64,000 nt of DNA, from contig JBKQTJ010000129.1 in NCBI GenBank assembly GCA_052143255.1, forward strand, positions 210-64,209, given 5' to 3'. How positions within the stretch are numbered: position 1 is the stretch's first letter; each line of letters starts with the position of its first letter. A program made the translations under genes and the position numbers. Positions 48,959-59,031 of this stretch are shown piece after piece. The notes under the pieces are model-generated. The model was not told the DNA's origin. It ran no database searches and saw only the letters and a program-made list of their open reading frames with translations. This DNA comes from Streptosporangiaceae bacterium. GTDB lineage: Bacteria > Actinomycetota > Actinomycetes > Streptosporangiales > Streptosporangiaceae.

Positions 48959-50521
48959 ATGGCTGAGGGCGGCGGCAGCCACTCGACGATCGAAGCGGCG
49001 AACCTCGGGCCGGCCGAGTCTCTCGCCGACCTGCTGGCCGGCGGCGACCCAGCCCGTCCTGCGCTTATCGTCGCCGATAGCGGCGAGGTCGTGACCTACG
49101 CGCAAACCGCGGCCAGAATCGAGACGCTGGCGCAGCGGCTAGCGGGCTTTGGGGTCCGGCGCGGTGATCGGGTCGCGCTCTCGCTGCCGAACGGCCCGGA
49201 TGTCGTCCTGCTCTTGCTCGCGATAACCGCCCTGGGCGCCGCCGCCGCGCCGCTGAACCCTGCATATACCCAGACCGAGTTCAGCTTCTTCCTGACCGAT
49301 ATCGCGCCCAAGCTGATGCTGCTTCCGGCTGGCGGAGCCGCCGCAGCTACCGCGGCGGCGGCTGGCACGGCCACGAACTTGGTGGCCGTGCAGGCCCGCG
49401 AGGCGGGGCCGCCGGAACTGCTCGCAGGCGGGCGGCCGGCGGTACCCCAGCGTTCCTTCGAGCAAGGCGGTCCGGATGACGTGGCCGTCGTCCTGCACAC
49501 GAGCGGTACTACGAGCCGGCCGAAGCAGGTACCGCTTCGGCAGCGAAATCTCATGGCGTCGACCGCGACTATCGCTGCGCATTACCGGCTCGGCCCAGCT
49601 GATGTGTCGTTCTGCGTGATGCCGCTGTTTCACATTCATGGCCTGGTGGCATCGGCGTTCTCGGCATTGCGCGGGGGCGGCTCGGTCATCGTGCCGCGAC
49701 GGTTCACGCCCCACCGGTTCTGGCCGCAGGCCCGCGAGCACGCTGCTACGTGGCTGTCGGCCGGGCCTACGCTGCATCAGATGATCCTCGATAAGGCTGA
49801 CGGGGCCGCCCCGCCGGAAACGCTTCGGTTCGTCCGCTCCTGCAGCTCGGCGCTATCCGCCGCGCTACTTGAGCGCGCCGAGCGCGAGTACCGGGTGCCC
49901 ATGCTGGAGGCGTACGGCATGACCGAGGCGAGTCATCAGATGAGCTCCAACCCGCTGCCGCCCGCCGCCAGGATCGCCGGCTCGGTGGGCGTGCCGACCG
50001 GGACGCAGATTCGCATCGCCGACACCTCAGGGACCTTCCTGCCGGACGGCAGCCCGGGCGAGGTGGTAATCCGCGGTCCTGGCGTGATGTCAGGGTATGA
50101 CAACAATCCTGGCGCCACGGCGGCAGCCTTCGTTGGCAGCTGGTTCCGCACCGGCGACCTCGGCGTGATGCGCGACGGCTACCTGTTCCTGGCAGGGCGC
50201 CTGAAAGAGATGATCATCCGCGGCGGCGAGAACATCGCACCAGCCGAGGTCGAGCAGGTACTGATGTCCCACCCCGCCGTGCGCGACGCCGTGTGCTTCG
50301 CGGTACCCGACGACAAATACGGTGAGCTTGTCGCCGCCGCGGTCACGCTCGGCCAGAATGCTCAGGTCAGGGACCTGATCGAGCACTGCCGGGAGCAGCT
50401 CGCCGCATTCAAGGTGCCGGTCAGGATCGACGTGCTGGATGAGATCCCGCGCACTCCTACCGGCAAGGTGCAGCGGCGCCGGGTGGCCGAGTTTGTGACG
50501 CAGCGGCGGGCTGACACATGA
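48959..50521 (+). CDS. AMP-dependent acyl-CoA synthetase/ligase
   Basis: AMP motif HTSGTTSRPKQ. The ATG at 48959 is preceded by GGAGGT. Confidence 0.8.
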   Translation: MAEGGGSHSTIEAANLGPAESLADLLAGGDPARPALIVADSGEVVTYAQTAARIETLAQRLAGFGVRRGDRVALSLPNGPDVVLLLLAITALGAAAAPLNPAYTQTEFSFFLTDIAPKLMLLPAGGAAAATAAAAGTATNLVAVQAREAGPPELLAGGRPAVPQRSFEQGGPDDVAVVLHTSGTTSRPKQVPLRQRNLMASTATIAAHYRLGPADVSFCVMPLFHIHGLVASAFSALRGGGSVIVPRRFTPHRFWPQAREHAATWLSAGPTLHQMILDKADGAAPPETLRFVRSCSSALSAALLERAEREYRVPMLEAYGMTEASHQMSSNPLPPAARIAGSVGVPTGTQIRIADTSGTFLPDGSPGEVVIRGPGVMSGYDNNPGATAAAFVGSWFRTGDLGVMRDGYLFLAGRLKEMIIRGGENIAPAEVEQVLMSHPAVRDAVCFAVPDDKYGELVAAAVTLGQNAQVRDLIEHCREQLAAFKVPVRIDVLDEIPRTPTGKVQRRRVAEFVTQRRADT

Positions 50522-51507
50522 GGTTCGCGGTTCTTGGCGCCGGGGCGATCGGCGCCTACGTGGGTGCGGCGCTCGATCGTGGGGGCAGCGACGTAACGCT
50601 GATCGCCAGAGGACCGCATCTGCAGGCAATGGCCGAGCGCGGCGTCCGCGTCCTGTCACCGCGGGGCGATTTCACCGCGCATCCCGAGGTAACCAGCGAC
50701 ATCGACGCGATCGCGGGCGCGGATGTGGTGCTTGTCGCGCTCAAGGCCTACAGCCTGACCGAGGTCGCCCCCCGCCTGGGCAGCCTGCTGGCGCCGCGGG
50801 CCACGGCGATCTGGGCGCAGAACGGGTTTCCGTGGTGGTATTTCCAGTCGCTGTCCGGGCCGGCCGGACTCAGCGGGCTGCAAAGCGTTGATCCTGGCGG
50901 GGTCATCACCGCCTCAGTGCGCCCCGAGCACAACGTCGGATGCGTCGTGTACTGCTCGACCGAGATCATCGAGCCAGGCATCATCCGCCACGTCGAGGGA
51001 ACCAGGTTCACCCTGGGTGAGCCGGATGGGTCCGATTCCGAGCGGTGCAGGCAGATATCCGCAGCCTTCGCGGCTGGCGGCCTGCGGGCGCCGGTCGACG
51101 CGAGGCTGCGAGATCAGATCTGGCTGAAGCTCGTTGGCAACGTGGCGTTCAATCCCATCACGGCCCTAACCCGGGCGACGCTCGGGCAGCTTGGCGCGCT
51201 GCCGGAGATGCGCGACCTGCTGCGCGCCATCTTCGCGGAGTGCGCGGCGGTGGCCGCCCGGCTCGAGATCACTTTCCCGGTCTCGCTGGACCGGCGGCTC
51301 GAGGCGGGCCTGGCGGTGGGCGACCACAAGACCTCGATGCTCCAGGACCTGGAGGCAGGCAAGCGACTCGAACTCGATTGCATGACCGGGGCGGTCGTCG
51401 AGCTCGCCGAGCTTCTCGACGTCGACGTTCCGCATGTACGAGCCGTGCACGCGTGCGCAAAGCTGCTCGATCTGCTGCGCAGCGGGCGCCCAGTCCCGGT
51501 CAGCTAG
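50518..51507 (+). CDS. 2-dehydropantoate 2-reductase family (PanE/ApbA)
   Basis: 329 aa with MRFAVLGAGAIGAYVG and TSMLQDLEAGKRLELD. Confidence 0.8.
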   Translation: MRFAVLGAGAIGAYVGAALDRGGSDVTLIARGPHLQAMAERGVRVLSPRGDFTAHPEVTSDIDAIAGADVVLVALKAYSLTEVAPRLGSLLAPRATAIWAQNGFPWWYFQSLSGPAGLSGLQSVDPGGVITASVRPEHNVGCVVYCSTEIIEPGIIRHVEGTRFTLGEPDGSDSERCRQISAAFAAGGLRAPVDARLRDQIWLKLVGNVAFNPITALTRATLGQLGALPEMRDLLRAIFAECAAVAARLEITFPVSLDRRLEAGLAVGDHKTSMLQDLEAGKRLELDCMTGAVVELAELLDVDVPHVRAVHACAKLLDLLRSGRPVPVS

Positions 51508-51595
51508 CTGGGCAGGCGTTATCATCGCGTTCTGGTGCCCGGACGGCAAGGCTCAGGTGAGCTGCGTCTGAGGGTCCTGGCACTGAGAGGTTGGC

Positions 51596-53206
51596 GTGAT
51601 GCCTGGCGGCGAGATGGCAGATCACAACCCGGTGGCTGACGGCCGGGCCTCCCACCCGGCTGCGCTCCGGCATCGGCTGACGGCGCCCGCTCGCACCTGG
51701 CTGCTGATCTTCGCGGGCTCGCTGGCGCTGTTCCTCATCCGGTTCCTGGTTCCGACGCCAGTCGCCCAGGCGGACAATCGCGATGGGCCTCGCCTGACCT
51801 GCGGCCTTGGCGTGGGCCCGGTGACGGGCGGCCATCCCCGGTTCTTCCGGTTCGCCTACTTCGAGTACGTGTCGCGGCCCGCCTGCGCTGGCCGCGCGCC
51901 CTACCCGTCGTCGGAGCTGGTGCCGATGGAACTGGCCAGGCTGCTGACGCCGGTCTTGGGGCTGCGTGGCGAGCTGAACATGATCGCGCTCGGGGTGCTG
52001 CTGTGCGTACTGACCTCGGTCGGCATCGCTAGCCTTGCGACGGGGCTCCGAATGCGGCTATGGGCGCAGCTGGCGGTGGCCGCCGTCGCCTGGCTGATCA
52101 TGGCAGACGCGGCATTCTTTGACGTCTACGCCGGGCCGTTCAGCGAGGGTGCTGCGCTGGTCGGGCTGCTGCTGGTCGCCGCCGGCGTGGTGCACCTGGG
52201 CCGGGGCTGGCGCCAGACAGCGTTCGGCCTTGCGCTGGCGGGCACCGGCGGCTTCCTGGCGATCTTGTCGAAGGAGCAGTACTTGGTCCTGGCCGGGCCG
52301 ATCTGCCTGACCCTGGTCCTAGCCAGCGCATCAGGCGGCAGCTGGCGCGGGCTGCAGCGGTTCCGGAACCGGCAGGCAGGCGCGGCCGTGGCCGTGGCCG
52401 TGTTGCTCGCTATTCTGACGGCCGGCTACCTGACCTGGAACTACACCAGCAGTTACGGTAGGCGGCTCGAGCACATCCAGGCGGTGGATTTTATCTTCAC
52501 CGATATCGTGACCAAGAAAGCCAGCGCACCCGCCGAGCTACGCGCCCTCGGGCTGCCGGTTAGCTGGGCACGGTACGCGGGCCATTACTACTGGGACACC
52601 GGCTCAGTACGCACCAACCCCACGCTGCCCCGGTACTACGCAGAGCTGACCGACACCAACATTGCGCATTACCTGATCACCCATCCGGGCAGCATCTTCA
52701 CCGTCGGCCAAGCCGCCGCAGTGCAGGCGCAGCGCTTCCGGGTCACTGCGCTCGGGGATTACCCGCCCTCCGCCGGCCACCCGCCAGGCACTGTCGAGTC
52801 CCGGGTGGCGGTACTGACCTGGCTGATGCACCGGCTCCCGCATGGCCTCGGCTTCGGCTGGTACATCCCGGTGTGGCTCGGGATGGCGGCGGTCGCGCTG
52901 CTTGCCTTGTTCCGCAAGCGCCGCAAGTCATGGCACCGGGATGGCGCGGTTCTGGTGCTCTGCATGACGGCGTGCGCGATGGTCGCGTTCATCCCACCCG
53001 CCTACTTCGCCGGCATCTCCACCACCAGGCACATGGTGGGCACGAACCTGGCCACCTTGCTGGCGCTTACGGTGGCCGTCGCGCTGGCCGGCTCGCTAAT
53101 CGGGCAGGCGCTTGCGCGGCCACGAACAGCGCCGGGCACTCCGGCGATGCCGGATGCCATGCCCGAGCTCGCTGAGCCGGGACCACGAGGCGCCGGCACG
53201 TCGTGA
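51596..53206 (+). CDS. Polytopic membrane protein of unknown function
   Basis: 536 aa with about 10 hydrophobic segments. I recognised no catalytic motif. Confidence 0.55.
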   Translation: MMPGGEMADHNPVADGRASHPAALRHRLTAPARTWLLIFAGSLALFLIRFLVPTPVAQADNRDGPRLTCGLGVGPVTGGHPRFFRFAYFEYVSRPACAGRAPYPSSELVPMELARLLTPVLGLRGELNMIALGVLLCVLTSVGIASLATGLRMRLWAQLAVAAVAWLIMADAAFFDVYAGPFSEGAALVGLLLVAAGVVHLGRGWRQTAFGLALAGTGGFLAILSKEQYLVLAGPICLTLVLASASGGSWRGLQRFRNRQAGAAVAVAVLLAILTAGYLTWNYTSSYGRRLEHIQAVDFIFTDIVTKKASAPAELRALGLPVSWARYAGHYYWDTGSVRTNPTLPRYYAELTDTNIAHYLITHPGSIFTVGQAAAVQAQRFRVTALGDYPPSAGHPPGTVESRVAVLTWLMHRLPHGLGFGWYIPVWLGMAAVALLALFRKRRKSWHRDGAVLVLCMTACAMVAFIPPAYFAGISTTRHMVGTNLATLLALTVAVALAGSLIGQALARPRTAPGTPAMPDAMPELAEPGPRGAGTS

Positions 53207-53232
53207 TCGGTCTGCGAACATAGCGATCACGA
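53201..53232 (+). terminator. Hairpin overlapping the stop of the membrane protein gene
   Basis: TCGTGATCG (53201-53209) and CGATCACGA (53224-53232) form a 9-bp stem around a 14-nt loop. Confidence 0.35.
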
Positions 53233-53416
53233 CGGTGTTTCGCGGCGCGCAGAGCAGGGAACGAGTCCCGCAGTTCTGACAGCCTCTTGCGGCTGGTATC
53301 GGGGGACTTTTCTCGGCCACGGCTGGCGACTCCGGCATGTCTCGTGCCACGGTGGGCTCGCCGATGCACGGATCCGGTAGGCCAGGTCTCTCGCGGTCGC
53401 ACGTTCCCGGAAAGGA

Positions 53417-54400
53417 ATGACCGTGACAGCAGATGTACGTGCCAGCGGAGCGCGCGTGCCCAGTCCAAATGGCCCGTCGTCCCGGAAGATGTCACCTGGC
53501 GACGTCGCATCCGGCGAGGTCGTCCGCGCGGTCCGGGACATGTACCGACGGCACCCGTTCCCGCCCGCCCAGCGCAAGCACAGCTACCAGCGACACGCTG
53601 CCTACGTGCGCAGCTTCCTGGCCGAGCGCGGCATCGAACCGCGCGGCCGGACTTTCGGCGACATCGCGTGCGGCACTGGCCTGATGATGCTGGACTACGC
53701 CCGCGAGTTCCCGGAGACATCATTCGTCGGGCTCGACCTGTCTGAGACGTCGGTCGGCATGGTGAACCAGACCCTGGACGGCGAGGCAGTCACCAACGCG
53801 CGGGCCTACCAGCAGGACATCATGCTCCTGGACCGCGCACGGGAGTTCGACTACATCGTGTCCTGGGGCACAGTCCATCACCTGCCCGATCCCGCTGAGG
53901 GAATCGCCATCCTGTGCCGCGCCCTTAAGCCGGGCGGGGTCCTGCGGCTCGGCGTCTACGGCCACTACGGGAACTGGGAACGCCGGGTCCAGCAGGAGAT
54001 CCTCACGACGATCACCGCCGACCAGATGGCCGATGACGGGGCCAGGATCGAGGCCGTCCGGGTCTGGGCTCAGGGCGACCGGAACTTCAAGAACTACTAC
54101 ACCGCGCCGCCGGTGGACCTGACCGACGACAACTGGGTCGTCGATGAGTTCCTGCACGTCTGGGAGCAGCACCTCCGGCTGACGGACGTGGTGTCCTGGC
54201 TGCGCGCGCAGGGCATGCAGGTGCAGCGCATGACCGACTATTACGACCAGGAAATCCCGCTGGACGTGACCTACCACTCCAGCAGCCCGGTCCTCGCCGA
54301 GAAGGTCGGGAAGCTGCCGTTTGAAAGCCAGTGCCACGTCATCGACATGATCGTGCGCCCGTACTGGATTTCGCTGTTTGCGCAGAAGTCCAGTGGCTAG
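53417..54400 (+). CDS. Class I SAM-dependent methyltransferase
   Basis: 327 aa with motif I FGDIACGTGLMMLD and a post-I LDLS segment. The start is uncertain. Confidence 0.75.
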   Translation: MTVTADVRASGARVPSPNGPSSRKMSPGDVASGEVVRAVRDMYRRHPFPPAQRKHSYQRHAAYVRSFLAERGIEPRGRTFGDIACGTGLMMLDYAREFPETSFVGLDLSETSVGMVNQTLDGEAVTNARAYQQDIMLLDRAREFDYIVSWGTVHHLPDPAEGIAILCRALKPGGVLRLGVYGHYGNWERRVQQEILTTITADQMADDGARIEAVRVWAQGDRNFKNYYTAPPVDLTDDNWVVDEFLHVWEQHLRLTDVVSWLRAQGMQVQRMTDYYDQEIPLDVTYHSSSPVLAEKVGKLPFESQCHVIDMIVRPYWISLFAQKSSG

Positions 54401-54419
54401 CGGCCTGACGGACCGGATC

Positions 54420-55886
54420 ATGGCGTTGACCGCCAGCGCTGCGGCGGTCAACGCCGGGAAGGCGGTCCGGTACCTGTCCAGGACCATGGGCCGCGGCGGC
54501 GGGACCGCGTTGCCCGGCCGCATCGCGGCGCGCATAGACCCGCGCCTGGTCAGCACGCTGGCCCGCGACCTGCCCAATGGTTGCGTGCTGGTGACCGGAA
54601 CGAACGGGAAGACGACGACAACCCGGATCCTGGCCGAGGCAGCGCGCGGGGCCGGACTGCAGGTGGTCACGAACCCAGAGGGCGCGAACATGCTCTCCGG
54701 GATCACAACGGCGCTGCTGTCCAGCGCCAACGGTTTCGGCGCGCTGGACGTCGCCCCCACGGCCATCGGCATATTCGAGGTGGACGAGGGGGCCCTGCGG
54801 CCCGCCATCGAGGCCCTGCAGCCGAGGCTCGTCGTGATCACCAACCTGTTCCGTGATCAGCTGGACAGGTACTTCGAGGTGGACTTCATCGCCCGGCTCT
54901 GGGAGCGCGCGCTACACCTGCTGCCGCCGACGGCGACGCTGGTGCTGAACGCCGACGATCCTCAGGTGGCCTTCCTTGGCGAGGACGTGGCCGCCAAGGT
55001 GGTCTGCTTCGGGCTGGATGACCGGCAATGGGCCCGGGCCGGCCTTGAGCATGCCGCGGACTCTCGGCGATGCCCGAAATGTGCCCACGATCTGCTCTAT
55101 GAGCTGAGCTTCTACGCTCACATCGGCCACTACGCGTGCACGGAGTGCGGCTGGCGGCGCCCGGACCCGCGGTTCGCAGCATGGAAGGTGCAGCTGCGGG
55201 GTGTCGAGGGCAGCCAGTCACAGGTGACCACGCCCGCGGGCGACCGGCTGTTCCAGGTGCCGCTGCCAGGCCTGTACAACGTTTGCAATGCGCTGGCCGC
55301 CGCGGCAGCGGCCTCCTGCCTGGGCATAAACCCCGAATTCGTGCAGACGGCAGCGCAGGAGACGGCTGGCGCGTTCGGCCGGTTCGAACGGGTAAAAATC
55401 GGTGCCAAGCAAGCGGTCCTGCTGCTGGTGAAGAATCCGAGCGGGTTCAATGAAGGGCTTCGCCTGGTGCTGTCCGGTGATGAGCCGGCTCGCCTGCTGA
55501 TCGGGCTCAACGACAACGGCCCCGATGGGCGCGATGTGTCGTGGATCTGGGACGTCGACTTTGAGATGTGCCGGGGGCGGACCGCGTTCCTGGCAGTTAC
55601 CGGGCGACGGGCCCACGACCTGGTACTCCGGATCAAGTACGCAGGGCTTTGCGACCAGGCCGGCGAGCAACCCGCGGCGGCAGCGGCCGGCCCGCCAGGG
55701 CAGCCAGCGGATGAGGACATCGTCCCGGCTTTCTTCGCGGCCATCGAACAGACGCCACCGGACGAGACCTTGTACGTGCTCGCGTCGTACACAGCGCTGT
55801 GGACGCTCCGACGGGAACTGGTCCGGCAAGGTCACCTCGCCCCGTTCTGGCAGCAATCTCGGGTGGAAGGGATCGTGGCCCGGTGA
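54420..55886 (+). CDS. murT: Lipid II isoglutaminyl synthase, Mur-ligase subunit
   Basis: P-loop GTNGKTTTT, Cys4 ribbon CPKCAHDL...CTECGW, and a C-terminal DUF1727-like region. Confidence 0.82.
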   Translation: MALTASAAAVNAGKAVRYLSRTMGRGGGTALPGRIAARIDPRLVSTLARDLPNGCVLVTGTNGKTTTTRILAEAARGAGLQVVTNPEGANMLSGITTALLSSANGFGALDVAPTAIGIFEVDEGALRPAIEALQPRLVVITNLFRDQLDRYFEVDFIARLWERALHLLPPTATLVLNADDPQVAFLGEDVAAKVVCFGLDDRQWARAGLEHAADSRRCPKCAHDLLYELSFYAHIGHYACTECGWRRPDPRFAAWKVQLRGVEGSQSQVTTPAGDRLFQVPLPGLYNVCNALAAAAAASCLGINPEFVQTAAQETAGAFGRFERVKIGAKQAVLLLVKNPSGFNEGLRLVLSGDEPARLLIGLNDNGPDGRDVSWIWDVDFEMCRGRTAFLAVTGRRAHDLVLRIKYAGLCDQAGEQPAAAAAGPPGQPADEDIVPAFFAAIEQTPPDETLYVLASYTALWTLRRELVRQGHLAPFWQQSRVEGIVAR

Positions 55887-56689
55887 AGCTGGTACTCGGT
55901 TACCTGTATCCAAGCGTCATGAGCCAGTACGGAGATCTCGGCAACGTAGTCACCGTGATCAGGCGCTGTCAGTGGCGAGGCATCGATGTGGAGGTCGACA
56001 AGCTTGAGGTCGGCGACAAGGTCGACCCCAGCCGGGTTGACCTCTTCCTGGTCGGTGGCGGTGCCGACGCGCACCAGCGCCACATCTGCGATGACCTCAG
56101 GCAGGTCAAAGGCGAGGGTATCCGGCAAGCAATCGCTGATGGTGCCGCCGCCTTCGCAGTCTGCGCCGGGTACCAGCTCTGGGGGCACTCCTACCGGACG
56201 GCGACCGGCGAAGAGCTGCCAGGACTGGGCATCTTCGATGTGCACACCGTCCACCGGGCCGCCCAGACCAGGACCCGGCTGGACACCATCACGAAGGCCG
56301 GCAGCGTCCGGGCCGTCGGAAACCTTGTGGTCCAATGGGGCGATCACGTCCTGGTGGGCTTCGAGAACCACGGCGGCCGGACTTACCTGCAAGAAGGATC
56401 GCGGCCGCTGGGCCGGATCCTGGCCGGCGGCGGGAACAACTCGGAGGACGGCTGGGAAGGCTGCGTCTACAAGAACGCCATCGGCACGTACATGCACGGC
56501 CCCGCCTTCCCGAAGAATCCCTTGCTGGCCGATCACCTGATCCAGGCTGCGCTCAGCCGTCGCTACGGCGACGTGACCCTGCAGCCGCTGAACGACGACG
56601 CCGAAATGACAGCGCACCGGCGCGCCGAGGAGCAAGCCATGGCTGCGCCGCGGTGGTGGCAGCAGCTCCTCGGCGATGGCGTCGGGTAA
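55883..56689 (+). CDS. gatD: Lipid II isoglutaminyl synthase, glutaminase subunit (CobQ/GatD type)
   Basis: The GTG overlaps the murT stop (GTGA). Motifs are VKLVLGYLYP, VGGGAD and the nucleophile AVCAGYQLWG. Confidence 0.82.
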   Translation: MKLVLGYLYPSVMSQYGDLGNVVTVIRRCQWRGIDVEVDKLEVGDKVDPSRVDLFLVGGGADAHQRHICDDLRQVKGEGIRQAIADGAAAFAVCAGYQLWGHSYRTATGEELPGLGIFDVHTVHRAAQTRTRLDTITKAGSVRAVGNLVVQWGDHVLVGFENHGGRTYLQEGSRPLGRILAGGGNNSEDGWEGCVYKNAIGTYMHGPAFPKNPLLADHLIQAALSRRYGDVTLQPLNDDAEMTAHRRAEEQAMAAPRWWQQLLGDGVG

Positions 56690-56769
56690 CCAGTCCGGGT
56701 TGAACTAGCGATCGCCTGCATGGCCCAGGCCGCACCAGCTTGCAGACACCGGCAGCAGATGTGATCCGA

Positions 56770-57588
56770 TCAGCGCGACACGTCGATGCCATAGCGGAAG
56801 CCAAGCATTTCGACGGTCAGTGCCTGGCCGGTGAGACTCATCCGCTCCCGGTCATCGGCCAGTGCCGCGATGGCTCGTCCGACCCCCTCGGGGGATTGCG
56901 AGCTCGCCAAATCAAGGTGCTCGGCAAACTGCAGGACCCCTTCGGTGCGAACCCAGTCCGGGTGCACCGCGACCGAGCAGACGTTATGCTCGCGTAGCTG
57001 CTCGGCGGCCGCTAACGCCAGACGGTCGTCGGCGGTCTTGGCCATCGAATACGCAACGCCGTAGTCGCGCTGCCCGGATTCGGGGATCGCGACTGAGATG
57101 GTTGCCACGAGACTGTCCGGCGTGCTCATCAGCAGCGGCGCTGATAAGGCCAGGGCAACGTAATGTGCGCGCACGCCGCCGGCGAACATCGCGTCGAACA
57201 GCTCTACCGGCTGCCGCCAGAACGGGGCGTTCCATTCGTCCCACGCGCCTGCGTTGAGACGCTCGTAGCCGGCCCATGCGCAGTTCACGAGCAGACTCAA
57301 CCGACCACGCTCCGCCGCGATACGCGCGGCGACGGCCTCAGCAGCCCGGTCATCGCGATGATCACACATCACCGCGACGCCTTCGCCCCCGGCAGCCGAC
57401 ACGGCAGCCGCGGTCGCCTCGACTGTGCCCGGCAAGTGCCCGGACCGCCGGGCAGCTGACGACCGCGCGGTTACGTAGACGACCCAGCCGGCTCCTCCGA
57501 GGGCTATCGCGATTCCTCGGCCGACGCCGCGGCTAGCTCCAGTCACCCAGGCAACGCGGCCGGATTGCCGACCCAGTCGATCTGTCAT
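56770..57588 (-). CDS. Short-chain dehydrogenase/reductase
   Basis: 272 aa with VTGASRGVGRGIA and YSMAKTA. Confidence 0.85.
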   Translation of the reverse strand: MTDRLGRQSGRVAWVTGASRGVGRGIAIALGGAGWVVYVTARSSAARRSGHLPGTVEATAAAVSAAGGEGVAVMCDHRDDRAAEAVAARIAAERGRLSLLVNCAWAGYERLNAGAWDEWNAPFWRQPVELFDAMFAGGVRAHYVALALSAPLLMSTPDSLVATISVAIPESGQRDYGVAYSMAKTADDRLALAAAEQLREHNVCSVAVHPDWVRTEGVLQFAEHLDLASSQSPEGVGRAIAALADDRERMSLTGQALTVEMLGFRYGIDVSR

Positions 57589-57606
57589 GGCAGCCCCTCA
57601 CGCGGG

Positions 57607-59031
57607 TTATTCCTCGGTACCGAGATAGCTCCACGCCTGCGGAAACTGGCCGATCCCGATGGTCCGGCAGACTTTCTGGGCGGCCATGCTAACGCCCTCG
57701 GTCACGGTCGGGTACGCAAGCTGGAGCTCGGCGACCTGCTCGACGGTCATCCCGGCCGCCATGCATGCGGCGATTGTCTGAACTGTCTCGGCTGAGTACT
57801 CACCCAGTACGTGGCCCCCGAGAATGGCGTGGCTATCGCGGTCGGCGATGAGCTTGCAGAAACCCTCTGGCCGCCCGTCAGCGACCGGCCGGAGCATATC
57901 GTCATAATGCGCCAGGCCGGCAACGACGTCGTGGGTCTGCGCGGCCTCCGGCTCGGTGAGGCCGACTCTGCCGTATTCGGGATCAGTGAAACTGCCGCTC
58001 GGGACGACGCGGTAACTGGCGTGCGCCGCGGGCCCCAAGATGGCGTTCTTAGCGGCAACGCGGCCTTCCATCCGGGCGGTCTGCACGAGCATCGAGTGCC
58101 CGTTGACGTCGCCGACAGCGAAGATGTGCTCGACGTTGGTGCGCAGGTACCCGTCCACGTCGATCGCCTCGGGCCGGGCCTGGATGCCCGCCGCGTCCAG
58201 GTGCAGTGCGCCGAGGCTGGCGGGCCAGCCGACCGCGAAGAACACCGTGTCAACCGTGGTCTGCCCGATACCGCCGGCATCGCGGTGGTCGACGCGGATG
58301 CCGTCATCCTGCCGGGCCAAAGACTCAACCATCGTCCCGGTTGCGACGCGCATTCGCCGGGCGCTGAAAGCGCGGCTCAGCTCCGCTGACACGCTGGGGT
58401 CGGCCGTCGGGACAAGGACCGGGCCGCCCTCGAACAAGGTCACATCAGCCCCGAGATCAGCGAAAATGGACGCGATCTGGCAACCAGTGTCGGCGCCTCC
58501 GACTACTGCGACGCTGCGCGGCAGGCTGGCCATAGCCGGGATGTCCTCGTAGGTGAGCGCGTGCTCGGCACCGGGAATCGGCAGCCGGGCGGCGTGGCCG
58601 CCGACTGCGAGGATGATTCGGTCCGCCGACCACGTGCGCCCGTCGCCGGCGGCCATGGTGTGCGGTCCGCTGAAGCCGACAAGGCCGGCGTCCTCGACCA
58701 GGTCGATGCCGCGCCGGCGCAGATGACCGGCCACGTCCTTCTTGTCGTGGGCGTAACGGGCCACCCGCTCACTATTGGCCAGCACGGCAGGCAGGTCAGG
58801 CACGGGCCGCGGACCGTCGAGGCCGAACGTGGCCCACGAGGACCAGTCACGCGCCAACCGCGCTGCCCGTGCCAGCGTGCGCACTGGCGCCGGGCCGCGA
58901 TTGAGGCTCGTCCCCCCGACCTGTCCAGCCTCGAGCAGGGTGACCTTCGCGCCGAGTTCGCTAGCCTGCAGCGCGGCTGTGATCCCGGCCGGCCCGCCAC
59001 CAGCCACCAGAAGGCTGAGCTCAGCGCTCAC
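57607..59031 (-). CDS. Class I pyridine-nucleotide-disulfide oxidoreductase fold lacking the redox disulfide (LpdA-like flavoprotein)
   Basis: 474 aa from the GTG at 59031 (VSAELSLLVAGGGPAGI). GGTSLNRGPAPVRTL replaces GGTCLNxGCxPSK, and LAYPTVTE replaces HAHPTxSE. The longer ORF reaching 59265 overlaps the upstream gene. Confidence 0.8.
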   Translation of the reverse strand: MSAELSLLVAGGGPAGITAALQASELGAKVTLLEAGQVGGTSLNRGPAPVRTLARAARLARDWSSWATFGLDGPRPVPDLPAVLANSERVARYAHDKKDVAGHLRRRGIDLVEDAGLVGFSGPHTMAAGDGRTWSADRIILAVGGHAARLPIPGAEHALTYEDIPAMASLPRSVAVVGGADTGCQIASIFADLGADVTLFEGGPVLVPTADPSVSAELSRAFSARRMRVATGTMVESLARQDDGIRVDHRDAGGIGQTTVDTVFFAVGWPASLGALHLDAAGIQARPEAIDVDGYLRTNVEHIFAVGDVNGHSMLVQTARMEGRVAAKNAILGPAAHASYRVVPSGSFTDPEYGRVGLTEPEAAQTHDVVAGLAHYDDMLRPVADGRPEGFCKLIADRDSHAILGGHVLGEYSAETVQTIAACMAAGMTVEQVAELQLAYPTVTEGVSMAAQKVCRTIGIGQFPQAWSYLGTEE

